Shown: one piece after another, positions 1 to 12,774 of the stretch
Position numbering within the stretch: the first letter of the stretch is position 1
Layout: each line of letters begins with the position of its first letter
Assembly: GCA_905178155.1 (NCBI GenBank)
Contig: CAJINV010000001.1
Coordinates: forward strand, 9,755,865 to 9,819,864
DNA: 64,000 nucleotides
Direction of reading: 5' to 3'
Source of the DNA: Amoebophrya sp. A120
Lineage: Eukaryota > Protista > Dinoflagellata
Notes under the pieces: generated by a model
What the model was told of the DNA's origin: nothing
What the model saw: the letters and a program-made list of their open reading frames with translations, nothing else
The model's database searches: none
Position numbers and translations under genes: made by a program

Positions 1-3000
1 GCCCCCGATTTTGTAGGCTGAGCAGTGGGGCGTGGGTTTGGTTTCTGTCCTCCTCGTCCTCGAGTTCCTCCCGGTTTCTTCTGGCCTGCTCCTCCTGCAA
101 GTAGTAGGTCGCCGCGCGCACCGCGTTTGTCGTGGTTGCTTGTTGTGCCTGGCCAGAAGATTTCAGTTGCGATTTACGAGGAGTAGTAAACCTCTGCTGC
201 TCCTGGATCCGGACAGTTCGCTCGCGTTGCTGTTGCATCTGCTCGGCCACGCGCAGTGTGCTGTTTCCTCTGGGATCGGGCCAGTCCCACTCGTTTGCTT
301 CCCGGAAGGTGCTATTTCCGCGGGGATCGGGCCAGCTCCAGTTGGCTCGGAATGACTCTCCCGCGTCGCGGAGGGTGGAGTTGCCTCTGGGGTCGGGCCA
401 GCTCCACAGGGAAGATGAAGTGTTGCGCCCACTATCGCGGCCCATGGCAGCCAGCAGCGTACTTTGGCCTCGTGGGTCCGGCCAGCTCCAATTTCCGGAG
501 GAAGGGGCCCGCTGGAGGGAACGGCTTCGCGAAGGATTTCGTGGCAGGTAGACTGGCGCCGCCCAGAGCGGCACGCCGACCGTGTTCGCTTTGGCGATGT
601 CGCCGCGCTCCCCGACCAGCTGTTGCAACCGCTTGGCCAATTCGGCGTCCTCCTGGTCTGTGGGTTCTTGCTGTTGTTGTGCTAGTAGTGGACTACTTTC
701 GCGATCCGCAGCAACTTTCTCCAGTAGCGCCTCCCTAGCCTCATTGCTGCGCGGTCCCGATATGTTTACCAAAGGCGCTCCTGCACTTGTCGTAGGGCTC
801 GCCGGACTGGTGCCACTGCTGACGCCGCCCATAGTTGTGCTGGAGACGGTTGGGCCGTCGCTCGGAGAAGAAGTGGCTTGCTGCTTATGCTTGAGCGCTT
901 CCTCCGCATGCATTTTGTGCAACCAGTGCTGCGCGGCCTCTTTCACTTTAAAGTAGATCTTTATGGGGACGTGGTCCGAACCGATTTGCTTGTGCATTTC
1001 GGTGATGTGGTCTCCGAGCTCTTGCAGCACGGTCCGCCTGTCCACGTAGGCGTCCTCGTGCTCCGCGTTAGCGCTGTCGCGGAAGTAGGACTGCTTCTTG
1101 TAAAAATCCAAATCTAACGGTGGCAACGTCGGATAGTCGTCTGGGTTGTACGGTTTTGCATTGACTTCCTTCGGATCTTCGGGCAATGGTGTGTACGCAG
1201 ATGATCGTCCCTTGGTTTCTTTACTTGACGCCGGAGAGGACGGGTCTCCGGGCTGCGGTCGCGGCGTGGTGCCTTCCCCGAGCCTCGGCGTGCCGTCCTC
1301 CACGACGAGTGATATTCTTCCGTGATCCGCATGATCGTAGTATTCCTTGTTGGCCTCGTGTCTTGCCTGAACGTAAGCCTCATAAGAGTCTTGTTCCTGG
1401 GGTTGCGCCTCGTCATGCTTCGCCAGCTCCAGGTTGATCATTTGCAACAGCGACGTGCCCACTGTTTGCTCGACCCCGTCACTCGCCCCCGCAACCGCGG
1501 GGGGAAGCAGCGTGTCGGGTGGAGTCCTCGGCTCCTCGTCCGTAATTTTCGTAGGATCGCTTTTCTGTGCGTTTGGTACCTTTGGCGTTTTTCTGTACCT
1601 AGCCTTGTCCTCCGCTTCATTTGCCTCTGCGTCGCCCGAAAAGCCGACCTTCGCGGGTGTTGCAAACGGTGTTTTTCGAAACTTCTCGTGGTCGACCTGC
1701 TCCTCGCTCTGGCTCACCGCGAACCCGACTTTCGCCCGCGCGGCGAAAGGCGTCTTCCGATACGCCTCACGATCCACATCAACTTCCCCAGCGGCCGCGA
1801 CGTCAAAACTTACCATGTTCTGCTGCGTCGGTGTGCTGGTATCCACTTTCAAGGTTGAATTATTCTCCTCTCCGACACTGTGGTCTCCGACATCACTCAG
1901 CGGATTGCTATCAAGTGAAGACCCTGACGTCCTTTTGCTCGTCGCACCGTCGTCCGGACTAGATGCGCGACTGTCGCGTTCCGCGGGTACGGGCAGCGCG
2001 GTTCTTCGGTAAGCCTTCGAAGCTTTGTCTTGTACCCCGTCCTGCGGAAAAGTTACCGTTGACTTCTTCTTCTTCTTATCGTGCGCTTTACTATTGGCCG
2101 CGCTATCCAGTGGCGCGTCACTACCGTTGAGAAAGGCATCCAAGTCTGCAGATTGTCGACTGAAGGACCCATTTTCGTCGCGCACGATCAACTCTGTCTC
2201 TTCTTCACTTGTGCTATCGTCCTCGTCATCCTCGTCCGGGTTGTATTGTGGTTTTCCCGTCTTTCGGTATTTGGTTTTTTCCTCATCCTCCTCTCCTGCG
2301 TCCACCGCAAAATTTACCGTCTTGTCCTCGTCCATCGCCCTCTGCTCCTCTGGACTCGGGAACCCAGTTTTCCGATACTTCGTCTTGTCCTCCTCGTCGC
2401 CCGCGTCTGGGGAAAATCCAACAACCTTCTTTCCGCTCTCGAACTCCTGAACGGATTCGATCTTCTCGTCACGAAACTGCATGGCTTTCCGGACAACACC
2501 GGCTCCGGGTCTTTGCACTTTCTCGGAGGCAGAAGGGGCTTTGGCGTCGGTCGCGGAGGTCGTCGCTGATTTACTACTAGTAGTACCATCTTCTACCGCC
2601 TCTGCTGGGTATTCCGCGACCGTGCTGTCTCGAGTTGTATTCTTGTCCATTTCCGACTCTCGTGTCCAGTCGTCGGGCACGTCGTAGTCGTTACTGCGCT
2701 CGAAGCCGGTCTTTCTATATTTCTTCTTGTCCTCTTCGTCCCCCGAAGATTCCACATCAAACTCCACGTGGTACTCGTCGCTGTCGTCCGTAGGACTTGG
2801 TTCCGGCTTCCCGGTTTTGCGGTATTTTTTCTTGCCCTCGTCGTCGTCCCCGGCGTCTTTGTCGAACCCCACGTGCTTCTCGAACTCCTGCACCGACTCG
2901 AGCTTCTCCTCGCGGAACTTCGTCCTGCGCGTTTCAGCAGGAGGAGCACCAGACGGCTCTTGCTCACCTCCAGCAGCCGTGTTTCTTGACACCGTACTGC

Positions 3001-3331
3001 GGCCCTCGGAGGGGTTCTCGGCCTCGTCCTCGTCGTCTTCGTCGATGGGTGCGGGAGGTGGAAACCCGGTTTTTCGGTATTTTGCCTTGTCCTCCTCGTC
3101 TCCCGCGTCGGGCGAGAAATTCACGTTTTTCTCCTCACTCGCAGGAATGTCGGTGGGATACCCAGTTTTGCGATACCTCTCCTTCTCCTCGTCGTCCACG
3201 ATGGTGGACGGAAAGCCGACTTTCTTCCCGGTCTCGAACTCCTGTACTGACTCCAGCTTTTCCTCGCGGAACTGCGTCTTCCGGGTCGCCTCGGCCGCGG
3301 AGTCACGACCGGGCTCCTCCTCTTGACCCAT
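1..3331 (-). CDS. Large low-complexity repeat protein (>1110 aa, 3' end outside the window) with YRKTG[FYK]P repeats, many RVxF-like motifs and W[DS]WPDPRG[NQ]ST repeats
   Basis: ATG at 3331 (MGQEEEPGRDSAAEATRKTQFREEKLESVQEFETGKKVGF...). The ORF track reports no terminated minus-strand ORF in this frame, so it appears open to position 1. The + ORFs 32-355, 878-1117, 1322-1858, 2081-2569 and 2768-2989 are its exact antisense shadows. Confidence 0.8.
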   Translation of the reverse strand, partial: MGQEEEPGRDSAAEATRKTQFREEKLESVQEFETGKKVGFPSTIVDDEEKERYRKTGYPTDIPASEEKNVNFSPDAGDEEDKAKYRKTGFPPPAPIDEDDEDEAENPSEGRSTVSRNTAAGGEQEPSGAPPAETRRTKFREEKLESVQEFEKHVGFDKDAGDDDEGKKKYRKTGKPEPSPTDDSDEYHVEFDVESSGDEEDKKKYRKTGFERSNDYDVPDDWTRESEMDKNTTRDSTVAEYPAEAVEDGTTSSKSATTSATDAKAPSASEKVQRPGAGVVRKAMQFRDEKIESVQEFESGKKVVGFSPDAGDEEDKTKYRKTGFPSPEEQRAMDEDKTVNFAVDAGEEDEEKTKYRKTGKPQYNPDEDDEDDSTSEEETELIVRDENGSFSRQSADLDAFLNGSDAPLDSAANSKAHDKKKKKSTVTFPQDGVQDKASKAYRRTALPVPAERDSRASSPDDGATSKRTSGSSLDSNPLSDVGDHSVGEENNSTLKVDTSTPTQQNMVSFDVAAAGEVDVDREAYRKTPFAARAKVGFAVSQSEEQVDHEKFRKTPFATPAKVGFSGDAEANEAEDKARYRKTPKVPNAQKSDPTKITDEEPRTPPDTLLPPAVAGASDGVEQTVGTSLLQMINLELAKHDEAQPQEQDSYEAYVQARHEANKEYYDHADHGRISLVVEDGTPRLGEGTTPRPQPGDPSSPASSKETKGRSSAYTPLPEDPKEVNAKPYNPDDYPTLPPLDLDFYKKQSYFRDSANAEHEDAYVDRRTVLQELGDHITEMHKQIGSDHVPIKIYFKVKEAAQHWLHKMHAEEALKHKQQATSSPSDGPTVSSTTMGGVSSGTSPASPTTSAGAPLVNISGPRSNEAREALLEKVAADRESSPLLAQQQQEPTDQEDAELAKRLQQLVGERGDIAKANTVGVPLWAAPVYLPRNPSRSRSLQRAPSSGNWSWPDPRGQSTLLAAMGRDSGRNTSSSLWSWPDPRGNSTLRDAGESFRANWSWPDPRGNSTFREANEWDWPDPRGNSTLRVAEQMQQQRERTVRIQEQQRFTTPRKSQLKSSGQAQQATTTNAVRAATYYLQEEQARRNREELEDEEDRNQTHAPLLSLQNRG

Positions 3332-4418
3332 AAGGCCGCAAAGACCCTAGAAGACGAATTCAACTGTTCCGACGAGACGAAGTTCTACTACTCCCGGTCT
3401 TTTAGCCGCGTGAAATAAAAGTCATCTTGGGGCATGTTTTCCGGGCATCGTGAAAAGAAGCCTACACCAAAATTAGTACTGCTATCACGTGAAATAATCC
3501 TCTGGTAAAACATAATTGAACATGCTGGGGTAAAGAATGGGAAAGAGATATACAAACTCAATGCGAAAATAGTGCGTGATATAGTGGGGACAAATTTCAA
3601 GATGAGTGCTGGAAAGGTAGATCAAATGAAAAATTCGTGCTGAGCAACATCCATAGATGTTGTGAGGAGGACGACTAAAACGAATAAAAACTAACTGAGT
3701 TGCTAGCAGTTGCACGAAAAACAGAACGAAGAAACGACTGGCGCGGTTAAGAACGAAGTCCGATTTTTTTTTGTGGAGCAAGAAACCGAGACTCGTACGA
3801 TTTTTCTTTGTTCGTGCGCAGTTGTATTTTTTGTACGAAACCGAGCAGCTGCGTTGTGTGCTACAGAAATTAGTCGCAGGAAGACCGAAATTTTCGAGAT
3901 CCAAGCTCTTTTGCACAGCGACCGAGAATGGGAATGCGGACGTTCTGTGAACGACCTTGCCGAGATGAATGCGGTTGAACAAAGAATATCGCTTAAGGTG
4001 ACAATCTGCCAAGCAGAGGAAGTTGCAGTAAAGAGTATGCAACGTACGATGTTTCTCTTTGATGTGTGGGACATTCTTGTGCCTGCAGCACGACTACATC
4101 TACAGCCATTCACGCCCATTATGCATTATTTGATCCTCTCACTGACTGCATATTCAATTTGATACCCTTGTTCAGCTTCAGTTCTGCTTCATCTGAGTAA
4201 AAAACAACAAGCCACTCAAGTTAGCTGCTACGGGCACAAGAAATGCTTCATCAGCACAAAGAGATGAAAAGGTACTCGCGTAAAGATCCCTATGTTCTCA
4301 AGATCATGACCGCGTGTACGGAACGTACGCTGCTGGACGGTAGTAGAGCCAAGGCACACTCCTCCTCTACCTCCCGCGAGAGGTGACTGTAACATAAAAT
4401 TGAATTGAGGGCGGACTG

Positions 4419-7092
4419 CTACTTTTGTCGCTTATTCACTAAATCCTTCAATGAGCTGAGCTGGTCCGCAAGCGGCTGCGGCCGGCGGTTGCCATTCCAC
4501 TGATTCTGGCCACCACCTCGTCCCCCGGTGGGACCGTTCCAGTGTTGGGGCGCGTTTCCTCCTGGTCCGCCCGGATTTCCGTACTGTCCTCCGCCACCGC
4601 GGCCGCCCTTGCCGCCGCCGAAGCGCTGTGCGTTCGGTAATGCGTGCAAGTTCACGGCGGGTGGGGGTGGGCCCTGGCCCGGCAGCGTCGCGACCGGGGG
4701 CGCCGTCGAGCGCGGGGGCAGCGGGGTCCAGCCACGGTTCGTCCCAGTGGTGGATGATGCGCCGATCACAGGTGGGGGCGCGTGGGAGCTAGTCGCTGCG
4801 GTAGTGGAGCCGGAAAAATTGCCGTAGGGAACTGGATTATTGGAGGGGATGTTGTTTGCTACACCTCGGGGAGAGGGATCATTGGGTTTCACTGGGCTTT
4901 TCCGATTGTTCACAAGGGACTTCAGGTTTGAGGGAACGATGGAACTATCGCCGCGCTGTCCGCCACCTTTGCCGCCGAAGTCGTTGGGGCCTGTTTTAGC
5001 AAACGCAAGAAGATCTTCAATTCGTTTTGCCACAGATGTGAACTCCATTTTCCCGAAGCCAAAAGACCCTACTTGGGGCCTGGCACTGGTCCCATGAACA
5101 ACCCAATCTACTTCCCAAACAGAAGAATAGAAGAAAATGCTCCGAGCACGAGTATCTATAAAGGTCAATTCAAAATGAAAATTTTCATTGTACCTCCCTT
5201 CCCCCCTCCCTGTTGGGAGTTCAGCTGTCGCATGGCGCCGGCGGTTTTTTCTAAGCGGCCTCGACGCGCCAGTTCGACGTCACGGTCGTGATCCAGTTGG
5301 ATTTGCACTGTAACTGCTTGGCCAAAGAGCTTGATTTCTAGCGCTTTCCGGAGTTCGGTTTCGCAGGGCCCGCCTTCCAGCCAGGGCACTTCGCCGCCGA
5401 CCATCAGGGCGAACTCGTCATCTGATATTTTGCGAACCACCGGCTTCTCTTTGTTCGTTTGCCAGTGGATGCTGGGGGCTTCGGACGCTTTCTGAGCTTC
5501 CTCCTCAGTCGTGTACTCAACCACAACCTGACACGCATTCATTGATTCTTCGATGATCACAGTCATACTGCAAATGTGATTTTGAGAAGAACCCCAGCAG
5601 ACGCAAGCAGCGGCATTATGATTATACTAGGCAAGAAATAAGGACGGCTTTTACTGAAATCAGGAAGGCTAAAAAAGGTTTTACCACTCCGAAACTGATC
5701 CCGGTTCTTGGCTGCTCCAAAAAGCGGATGTTGCGCAGACTGCCAAAATCTTGTGCCTTCTTTCGCACCGCGGTGGAGCTTGTGGTCGAGAGGAGGTTTG
5801 CAATCAAGATGCAGTGTCGCGCAGTGCCTCCTCCCTCAGGAAGTCCGGGAGGGGCGGCCATTCGCACATCGTGCACGCGCTCGCGGAAGGCGGGGTTAGC
5901 TGTTGAATTCAATTGAAATCCGATATTTTTTCTTTTTTTCGATGACGATGTCCGGATGAAACTCGAATAGAAAACCGACAAAAATACGCGAATTTTTTTC
6001 CGCAAATTAAAAATGCTTTACGACGGACTTTTATTAAAATCGAAAACGAGCCTTGGCTATCGTAGTCATACCGTGGCCTCCCTTTTTAGACATCCCCTTC
6101 CTTGTTGGCAGCGTGACGCGGTTCGCGAAATCTGACAGCTTGATTGGCTTATTGAGATCACTGGGCAAGCCGATTGGAATCGGGGGTAGATAGTTTTGGG
6201 TTCTCTCTCGTAAATTGTCGAAGTGTTCCGGCACAGGCAATTCCTCGGAGGGCTCCTCTTCGTCGTGCTCCTCCTGTTCGGTTTTCTCCCCGGAAGACTC
6301 AGTTTCTTTGGTCGCTTTTTTTTCTCCACCAGCACCCGCGGCTCCACTGTCGGTTTCTTTCTTTCCATCTCCACTCGCTTCTGGCGCGGCCCCTGCGTCG
6401 GTATTAACCCCACTCGTCCCGGTTGCACTTGCCAGCGCAAGATCTTCCGGTTCCGCTTTCAGCGCGTCGTCCACCCTTCGCTGCTTCGGCGAGGGGGACT
6501 TGCCCGCGTCCTTCTGGGCTCTTTTTCTGCGCTTTCTCGCCTCGTGCCTTCGGATCCGCGGCAATACATCGTTGGCCACTGTCATATCCAGAGTGATAGG
6601 CTCGAGTTGCAACAAGCCCCGACCCGACAGACTCGCGCGCCTTGCTTTGACAGAAGGTGAAGAGACAAGAGGTGCAGCAGTGGCTGTGCCGGCCGCAGAA
6701 GAAGACGTGGCGGCTGCATTGGCGCCTGTGGTGTTTCTTCCATCGGTTCCGTTTGTTGTGGCATTTGATGCATTTGCCGGTGCCGCGGCAACATCTGCTT
6801 CCGCCTCTGTTGCATCCGTTGTTGCAGAGAAAGTGCGCGTGGCGCGTGCTGCGGCCAGAGCGGTTGCGGCTGCCTGCTGGTCGGCGGATGATCCCACCGC
6901 AGGCGGCGATGCTTTCGCTGCTGCAGCGACAGTACTCGCCGCGGCACCTGCCGCTGCAGCAGGCGGCTTTGCCTTGTTCTTCGGTGGCCGTGCGAAGCGA
7001 CGCGGATCCCGTGGCGGGGAATCCGTGTCCGGCTTCCCGGGTGGGGGAATCACCCCGAGGTCGCCATAAATGTCTTCTTCGTCATGGTCCAT
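4419..7092 (-). CDS. RRM RNA-binding protein, CFIm68/CFIm59 (CPSF6/7)-like, about 739 aa, 4 exons
   Basis: Exons 7092-6072, 5899-5685, 5527-5194 and 5068-4419 join in frame through GT-AG introns (2220 nt). N-terminal EDIYGDL; RRM ILIANL...IRFLEQPRTGISFGVVVVEY resembles CFIm68 (IKFFENRANGQSKG); Pro/Gly/RGG-rich C-terminus. Confidence 0.6.
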
Positions 7093-8664
7093 TTTGGTCG
7101 TGTCAGAGTACTTTTTTGAAAAACTTCAGTATCGAAAAATCAGAAAACGGTAAATCACAATCGCGTTGGAGTTGGTGACAACACGGAGACCGCTTTTACC
7201 GGTTGCAGTAGTGTCGCGTGAATAAAGAAACAGCAGACACTAGTTTTAGTTCTATCATTCCTTGCCGACCACGATGTTTCACAGGTCAATCAACTTACTT
7301 GTCCGGGCGGGCGGAAAATCAAATAGTGAAGCGATATGAGCCTTCAAAAAATGCGAGATTGGGAGGCCAAGAAAGACGACAGAAACGACTCTCGTTGATC
7401 GTAAATGAGTACTCCTTTTCCCCCAGTTGAGACCCCGTGAGACAGAGGCAAAACGACTCTAGTAGTCCGTCGCAACCTCTGCAGCCGGTCTTTTGTTTTT
7501 CATGCTTGCTAATTTTGATGTTGACGCTCGAGAGTACGGCACTTTACAACAGCTAGACTTATTTCTACCACATCCACATCTTCACCCGGCATCCACAGAA
7601 ACAACTGAGACCACTGTGGAGTAGAGGGAATGATTGTTTAGGTTTGCTGAATGATTGATGCAAAAGTTTTGACACGGCAACTCAACAACTGGAAGAAGAA
7701 TATCGTTTCACGTAACACGGACATGACTGTGAATATCATTTCCGAATCACACGATCTGACACACGAAAAACAGACAGTGTAGCAGTGTGGATCTCGGTGC
7801 ACTTCCTTAAGTTCGTTTTAGAAGGAATAGATTCCGAACAACGGTGAGGAATTATTTCTTCCTCTGGTGGGGTCGGGTTAATTTGTATCGAAGAGGATCG
7901 CCGCAAATAGCAATAATTTTCATTTTTTTTTTTTCCTACCGGTGCGTGGTGACAATCATTCAAATTACGCCTACAACCTTCTTCACAACTTATCGTCTTT
8001 GAAAAAAGGGCACGTACTGTCATTGCGAAAACTGCGGATGGGAGTTGTTTTGGGGTGGGATAATTTCTGACCAATGTATGAGCATGTCAGCAGAGGCTGC
8101 TGGCAGTAAAAAGATTGTTCTTCTGCAACCTTTCACCTTCCAACGACCCCACATAGAAGTGCGCGTGATATGTCCATCTCGCAAAGCGCTGCTAAAGAAC
8201 GAGGAGTCAATGTTCATTTCTAAGAAAAGGAGAGCACAAAAGTAGCTCTGGCATCAAAAACGCGCAGCAGAGCAAGTGCATGTCCATGTCGTCACATGTC
8301 TTTCCGGACATATTACATCTGGGCTGCGGTAAACCATGATCTTGATTCTTTGTCGCTCTCTCCTCGTGTGCTTGTAAAGTAATTCATATGCACGGCTCGA
8401 TCTCGACTCGCTCATGATGATTTTGATCTCGTTTTACAATTGCAAGACATCCAATATACTGTACTTGTTCATCAGATTTAAGTGGGGTGTAGCGCGATGG
8501 TGGAATGAGACGAGTGTAGCGCAATCCTAGGAATTGAAATTGTTTTCCGATTGTTCATTAGATTTGAATTTTTCCAGTTTCATGTTGAGGATATTTTTCC
8601 GCATGGATGAAAAGGCGTTTGCAATAGCAACATCAAACGTCGCCACTATGGGTATATGGATATG

Positions 8665-11600
8665 TTATATTGGGGTGGTTGGCAGGAGCGCAGGCTCTTC
8701 CTCTTCTTTTTCTTCAGCTTGCACTTCAGCTTTCACTTCGGCTCTCATCTCCGCCTTGGCCTTTTCGGCCTCCCTTTCTTCCATCAGCGCCGCAGCTTGC
8801 ACGATTATTTTCGTCCTGTCAATCGCCTCTTCCCGCTCTTTCCGAGCCCGTCTGCTCCGGTCGCGCGCACTCTTGCTGTTGCGTTGTGCCACTTTCGTGA
8901 GCGCAGCGAGGTTGAGTTTGACGCGCGCCAGGTGTCGGGCGACAGGCGGTTCCGGCTCGCGATCGAAGACCTCCTCGGGAATCGGCGACGCTAACATTTG
9001 CTCCAGCTTAGCAATGGAATTTTGCAGCGCAACGATTATGCAGGGAAGCAGTCGCCAGTTTTTTCCGACCGACTTCATCTTTTTCCTCTTCAAAAAGCGA
9101 ATGATGATGTCCAGACAAACGCCACACACCGGCTGCAGCATGCGCCCAGCAAGGATTTCGTAGTGCGCCAGGTTGTACACCCGCTGAAGGATCGTGTCGC
9201 CGCCGGTCTTAAAGTGGAGCACCAGAATTGCGCCAGCCGCCTCTTCGCCTTCCATGATACGCATCAGACGCCTGGGGATTGAAAAAAAAAATTGAAGTAA
9301 ATTGCACGTCTTGCTCGATACCGAACAGATGCGAGCCGAACTAAACGTACTCTCTTATTCCATTCACAACTGGCACAAAAAGAACAGTACCTTATCACGA
9401 GCAAGGCTGTATGCTGCATTCGCTCTGAGATGTCATAGCGATCGCCTCCTACGCGGCCGATGACAAGCATGTTACTGAACTGCATGAACAGGTCCGCGTA
9501 GTGCTCGTAAATGTGTTGCATCATGTGCGGATATAGCTCACAGATGCCGCAGAACAGCTCAATTTTTGCCCACGTGTTCCGGTTCGGGTGCCTCAGGCCG
9601 CGCAGCATCAAGCACAAAAGCGAGCGCACGATCCCGAATTTTTGCCGTTCGCCGATTTCCGGCGGGGGGCGGTTTTTCAGGTAAAAATCGAGTCTTTGAA
9701 AGGTCAACGGACTAGTCGGATCCATGTACTCCCAGTCCACAATCTGGTCCAGCATGTCGGTGTAAAACTGTGACTCCTCCAGCGTTTTCGCGTTGTCCGC
9801 AAACAAAATCAGCTGGCCCCGGACGGCACAGAGAATTTCGATGTTCACTTTCGGAATTAAGAATTCTCCAATCTTGTGGTCCTCATCCTTCCTCCGCACA
9901 ACCGTTCCTAGTGGGTTTCCCGTCTCGTTTTCGCGCAGATTGCTGCGTATGCGAAACTGCCGGGACTTCCACGCCGTCGAAAGCTTGTGCATGTCGTTTA
10001 CCGAAGCGCTGCGCGTGCTGGTGCCACTATTATTGCTGTATGAAGTTTTTAGGGCGTGTGTTACGTTACTACCAAACTGCAGCGGGCCGCTGTATCCCTC
10101 CTCCACGGGGCTGAAGAGAGGCGTTTCTGGCAACCAGTCCTGCTCGCGCAACAGATACCGACCCATCTCCATGCACCTGTGCTGCCCGGGTCGGGGCTTG
10201 CGGCGACCGATTTTTTCAAGGTAGGAGGGCGTTTTTCTCCTTCCCCGGACCGGGGAGGACCCTGGCGGTTCCCGGCCTCGTCCACCCATTCTCCTCGCCT
10301 CTCTGCGCTTCCGTCGTGTTTCCACGATTGAGGCGTGCGTGCGTGGCTGGGAGCGAGAGGGACCTTGGAGGAGAATTGAGTGAGAAAATTAGTTGGAGTG
10401 GCCTGGTTTGAAAACGGCAAGAATAACAGACTCTGCAAAACAAAGCAAGGACGACAACGCTCCAAAGAGAATAAACAAAAACTCTACTTCTAGTCAATGA
10501 AAGATGAGCTGTGTGTATTTACAAGATGAGCTATGTTTATTTACTTCTGAGATTCAGAACAGACGACGACCCTGCAATTCGATTGTTGCGCGTGGCTCTG
10601 TCGAAAGCTCCGGCCGGGAAGACGCCATCCATCTTTGCTTGCAGCGCAGCTATCGTTCCATCCCGAAAAGAAAGTCTCGGACTTTTTCTCCGAACGGAAT
10701 CTTTGGCTTCCCACTCATCCTCCTCGAGCTTCGCCCCAAGTCGCTCGCCGAGAAAGTAGGACCCCATATCCTCAAAGGAGCAACACTGCACAAGCCTCGC
10801 CGCCCCTCTTGGCGTGTCCGCTCCGAGGCACGCGTGGAGCATGGTCAGGATTTGCGTCTCGAACTGGAGAAACATGGTGCGGTCCAGTGGCGTCAAGTAG
10901 TCCGCCAGGTAAAACTCGTGCACGCGAGCGATCAAGCTCTCCATAAAAGTATCGCGCAGACGAGCCGACTGGTCCACGTCTCCGAGGTAGAGAAAGTACT
11001 CCTTCAGCACGTCCAGCAACTCCACAAACAGTAACCGCATGGGGGTCTTCTGCAGCACATCGAGCAGGACTGGCTCCAATCTGAGGTGAAACCCCTCGGG
11101 CACGGTCGGAACCAACGGCTCCTCGCCCGTGGAATCGAAGTAGTACATGTGGAATTTTTCTTCCACCTCTTTGTCACGGATTTGTTGCTTTTCTCTTCTA
11201 GTACTGGTGTCGTTGCTCGTTGTTTTCGCACTGGTATCGTTGAAGTCTTGAGGAGGAAAAAGAAGATTTTCTATTAGACTGAAGGAGGTCTTGAAGACAT
11301 CCCTTTTGCTGTCGGTGCTGTCAATCTTCTCCACCGCGCCATCGCTGGTGTCGTCCTCGTCCTGATCCTTCTCGTCGTCGCTGTGAGTGTCATGGACTGT
11401 TACCGTCGAACAATGCTTCCTAAATTCCGCCTCCCACTTTCGCAGCGGCTCGAGAATGGACCGCAGCTTCACCGCGTGGTCAAAGGGGAGCTCGGAGTGC
11501 TCCTGGAAGAACGTCTGCAGGCCTTCGACCACCTGCAAGAGACGTCGCGCTTTCCTGCCGCGGAGGTTGTTTTCCGTTACCGCGAGCATGTCGTCCGGGG

Positions 11601-12774
11601 GCCGAATCACGTCCTCACTTTTGATCCGCGTTCTGGAGAAATCCTCGAGACCAAAGTGTGCGCCGGGCGGGGGCTCGATTTTCGGCAGGTCTACTTGCGA
11701 TGCGCCCATTTCGGCGACGTGAGGAGCCTTTCCCTCCGCGAAATCGCGTAAAACGTCAACGGCCATCTGCGTGCCCTGTCGCAGCATCGGTTCCTGCGGT
11801 AAAAGCTGGGCTTGACTCTCGACGGTGGTTTGTTGCCTCAGAGCCTGCGCAGCTTGCTGCTCCTGTGCAGCTTTTCTCGCGATCTCCTCGTTCTGTTGCT
11901 TCAGCTGCTCGTTTTCTTTCTGGAGAACCTGCAGCGCCTCTTGCTGCTGGGCTTGGAACGTCGCTTGGCTGCTCTGCTGGTCCATCGCGTGCTTTTGATA
12001 AAGCATCACATTCTGCTTCAGCTGCTCGTTTTCCCGCTGCATTGCCTGCATTTGCTGCTGCATCACGCTGACATCTGGCGCTTGAGGAAGCGCTGGCGCA
12101 GACTGCTGCTGCGCGGATATCGCCGCCTGCTGCGGTTGATGACCCGTCTGCTGTTGCGGTTGATGTCCTGACGAAACTGCTGGCGCGCCAAATGGTCTAC
12201 TTGATGAGGAAGCACTGCTCGTCCCGCTTGCAAACTGTGACTGGTTGGCTGCAACAGGTGTCTGCGGCATTTGGCTGCCTTGGTGCGCAGCAGAAGCGAA
12301 CTGGGAGGGTTGGTGCTGCACGAATTGCGGTGGAACTTGCTGTCCGAAGCTCGAAGAGCCCGATGAGGGCTGCTGCATTTGCCCGTACCCAGGAGCCTGC
12401 TGACTTTGCGGAAATCCTTGCGGTTGCTGCCCTGGTGCACCACTGTGAGGCTGCTGCGACATCTGCATCTGCTGCTGGTGCTGCGCCATTTGCTGTTGCT
12501 GCGAAAATTGAAATTGCTGCTGTTGCACGAAATGCTGCTGATGTGCCATCTGCTGCTGGTAGGCCATTTGCTGTTGCTGCTGTTGATGTGCCATTTGCTG
12601 TTGCTGACCAGGTTGAAATTGCTGCTGCTGGTGCAACTGATGTTGCTGCCCAAATCCGAACTGAGGTTGCTGCATGCCGTGCTGTTGTTGCTGACCTCCC
12701 GGTGGCTGGCCCCCACCCCCACCGGTGCCGTGGGGGTTCTGATTCGGTAGGCCTGCGCCGGAGGGTTGCGACAT
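8665..12774 (-). CDS. Hypothetical protein of about 1269 aa with a Gln-rich prion-like N-terminus, coiled coil and helical C-terminal region, 3 exons
   Basis: ORFs 10537-12774, 9264-10325 and 8665-9264 join in frame through GT-AG introns 10544-10364 and 9390-9272 (3810 nt). The first join is inferred, so this could be two genes. Confidence 0.6.

Noticed and set aside
3485-4162. Overlapping ORFs in the 3.4-4.4 kb spacer
   Set aside because: AT-richer UTR-like composition, no motifs, and ORFs on both strands.
12050-12700. CAG/CAA-rich tract as a microsatellite
   Set aside because: It encodes imperfect poly-Gln within the 8665-12774 gene.
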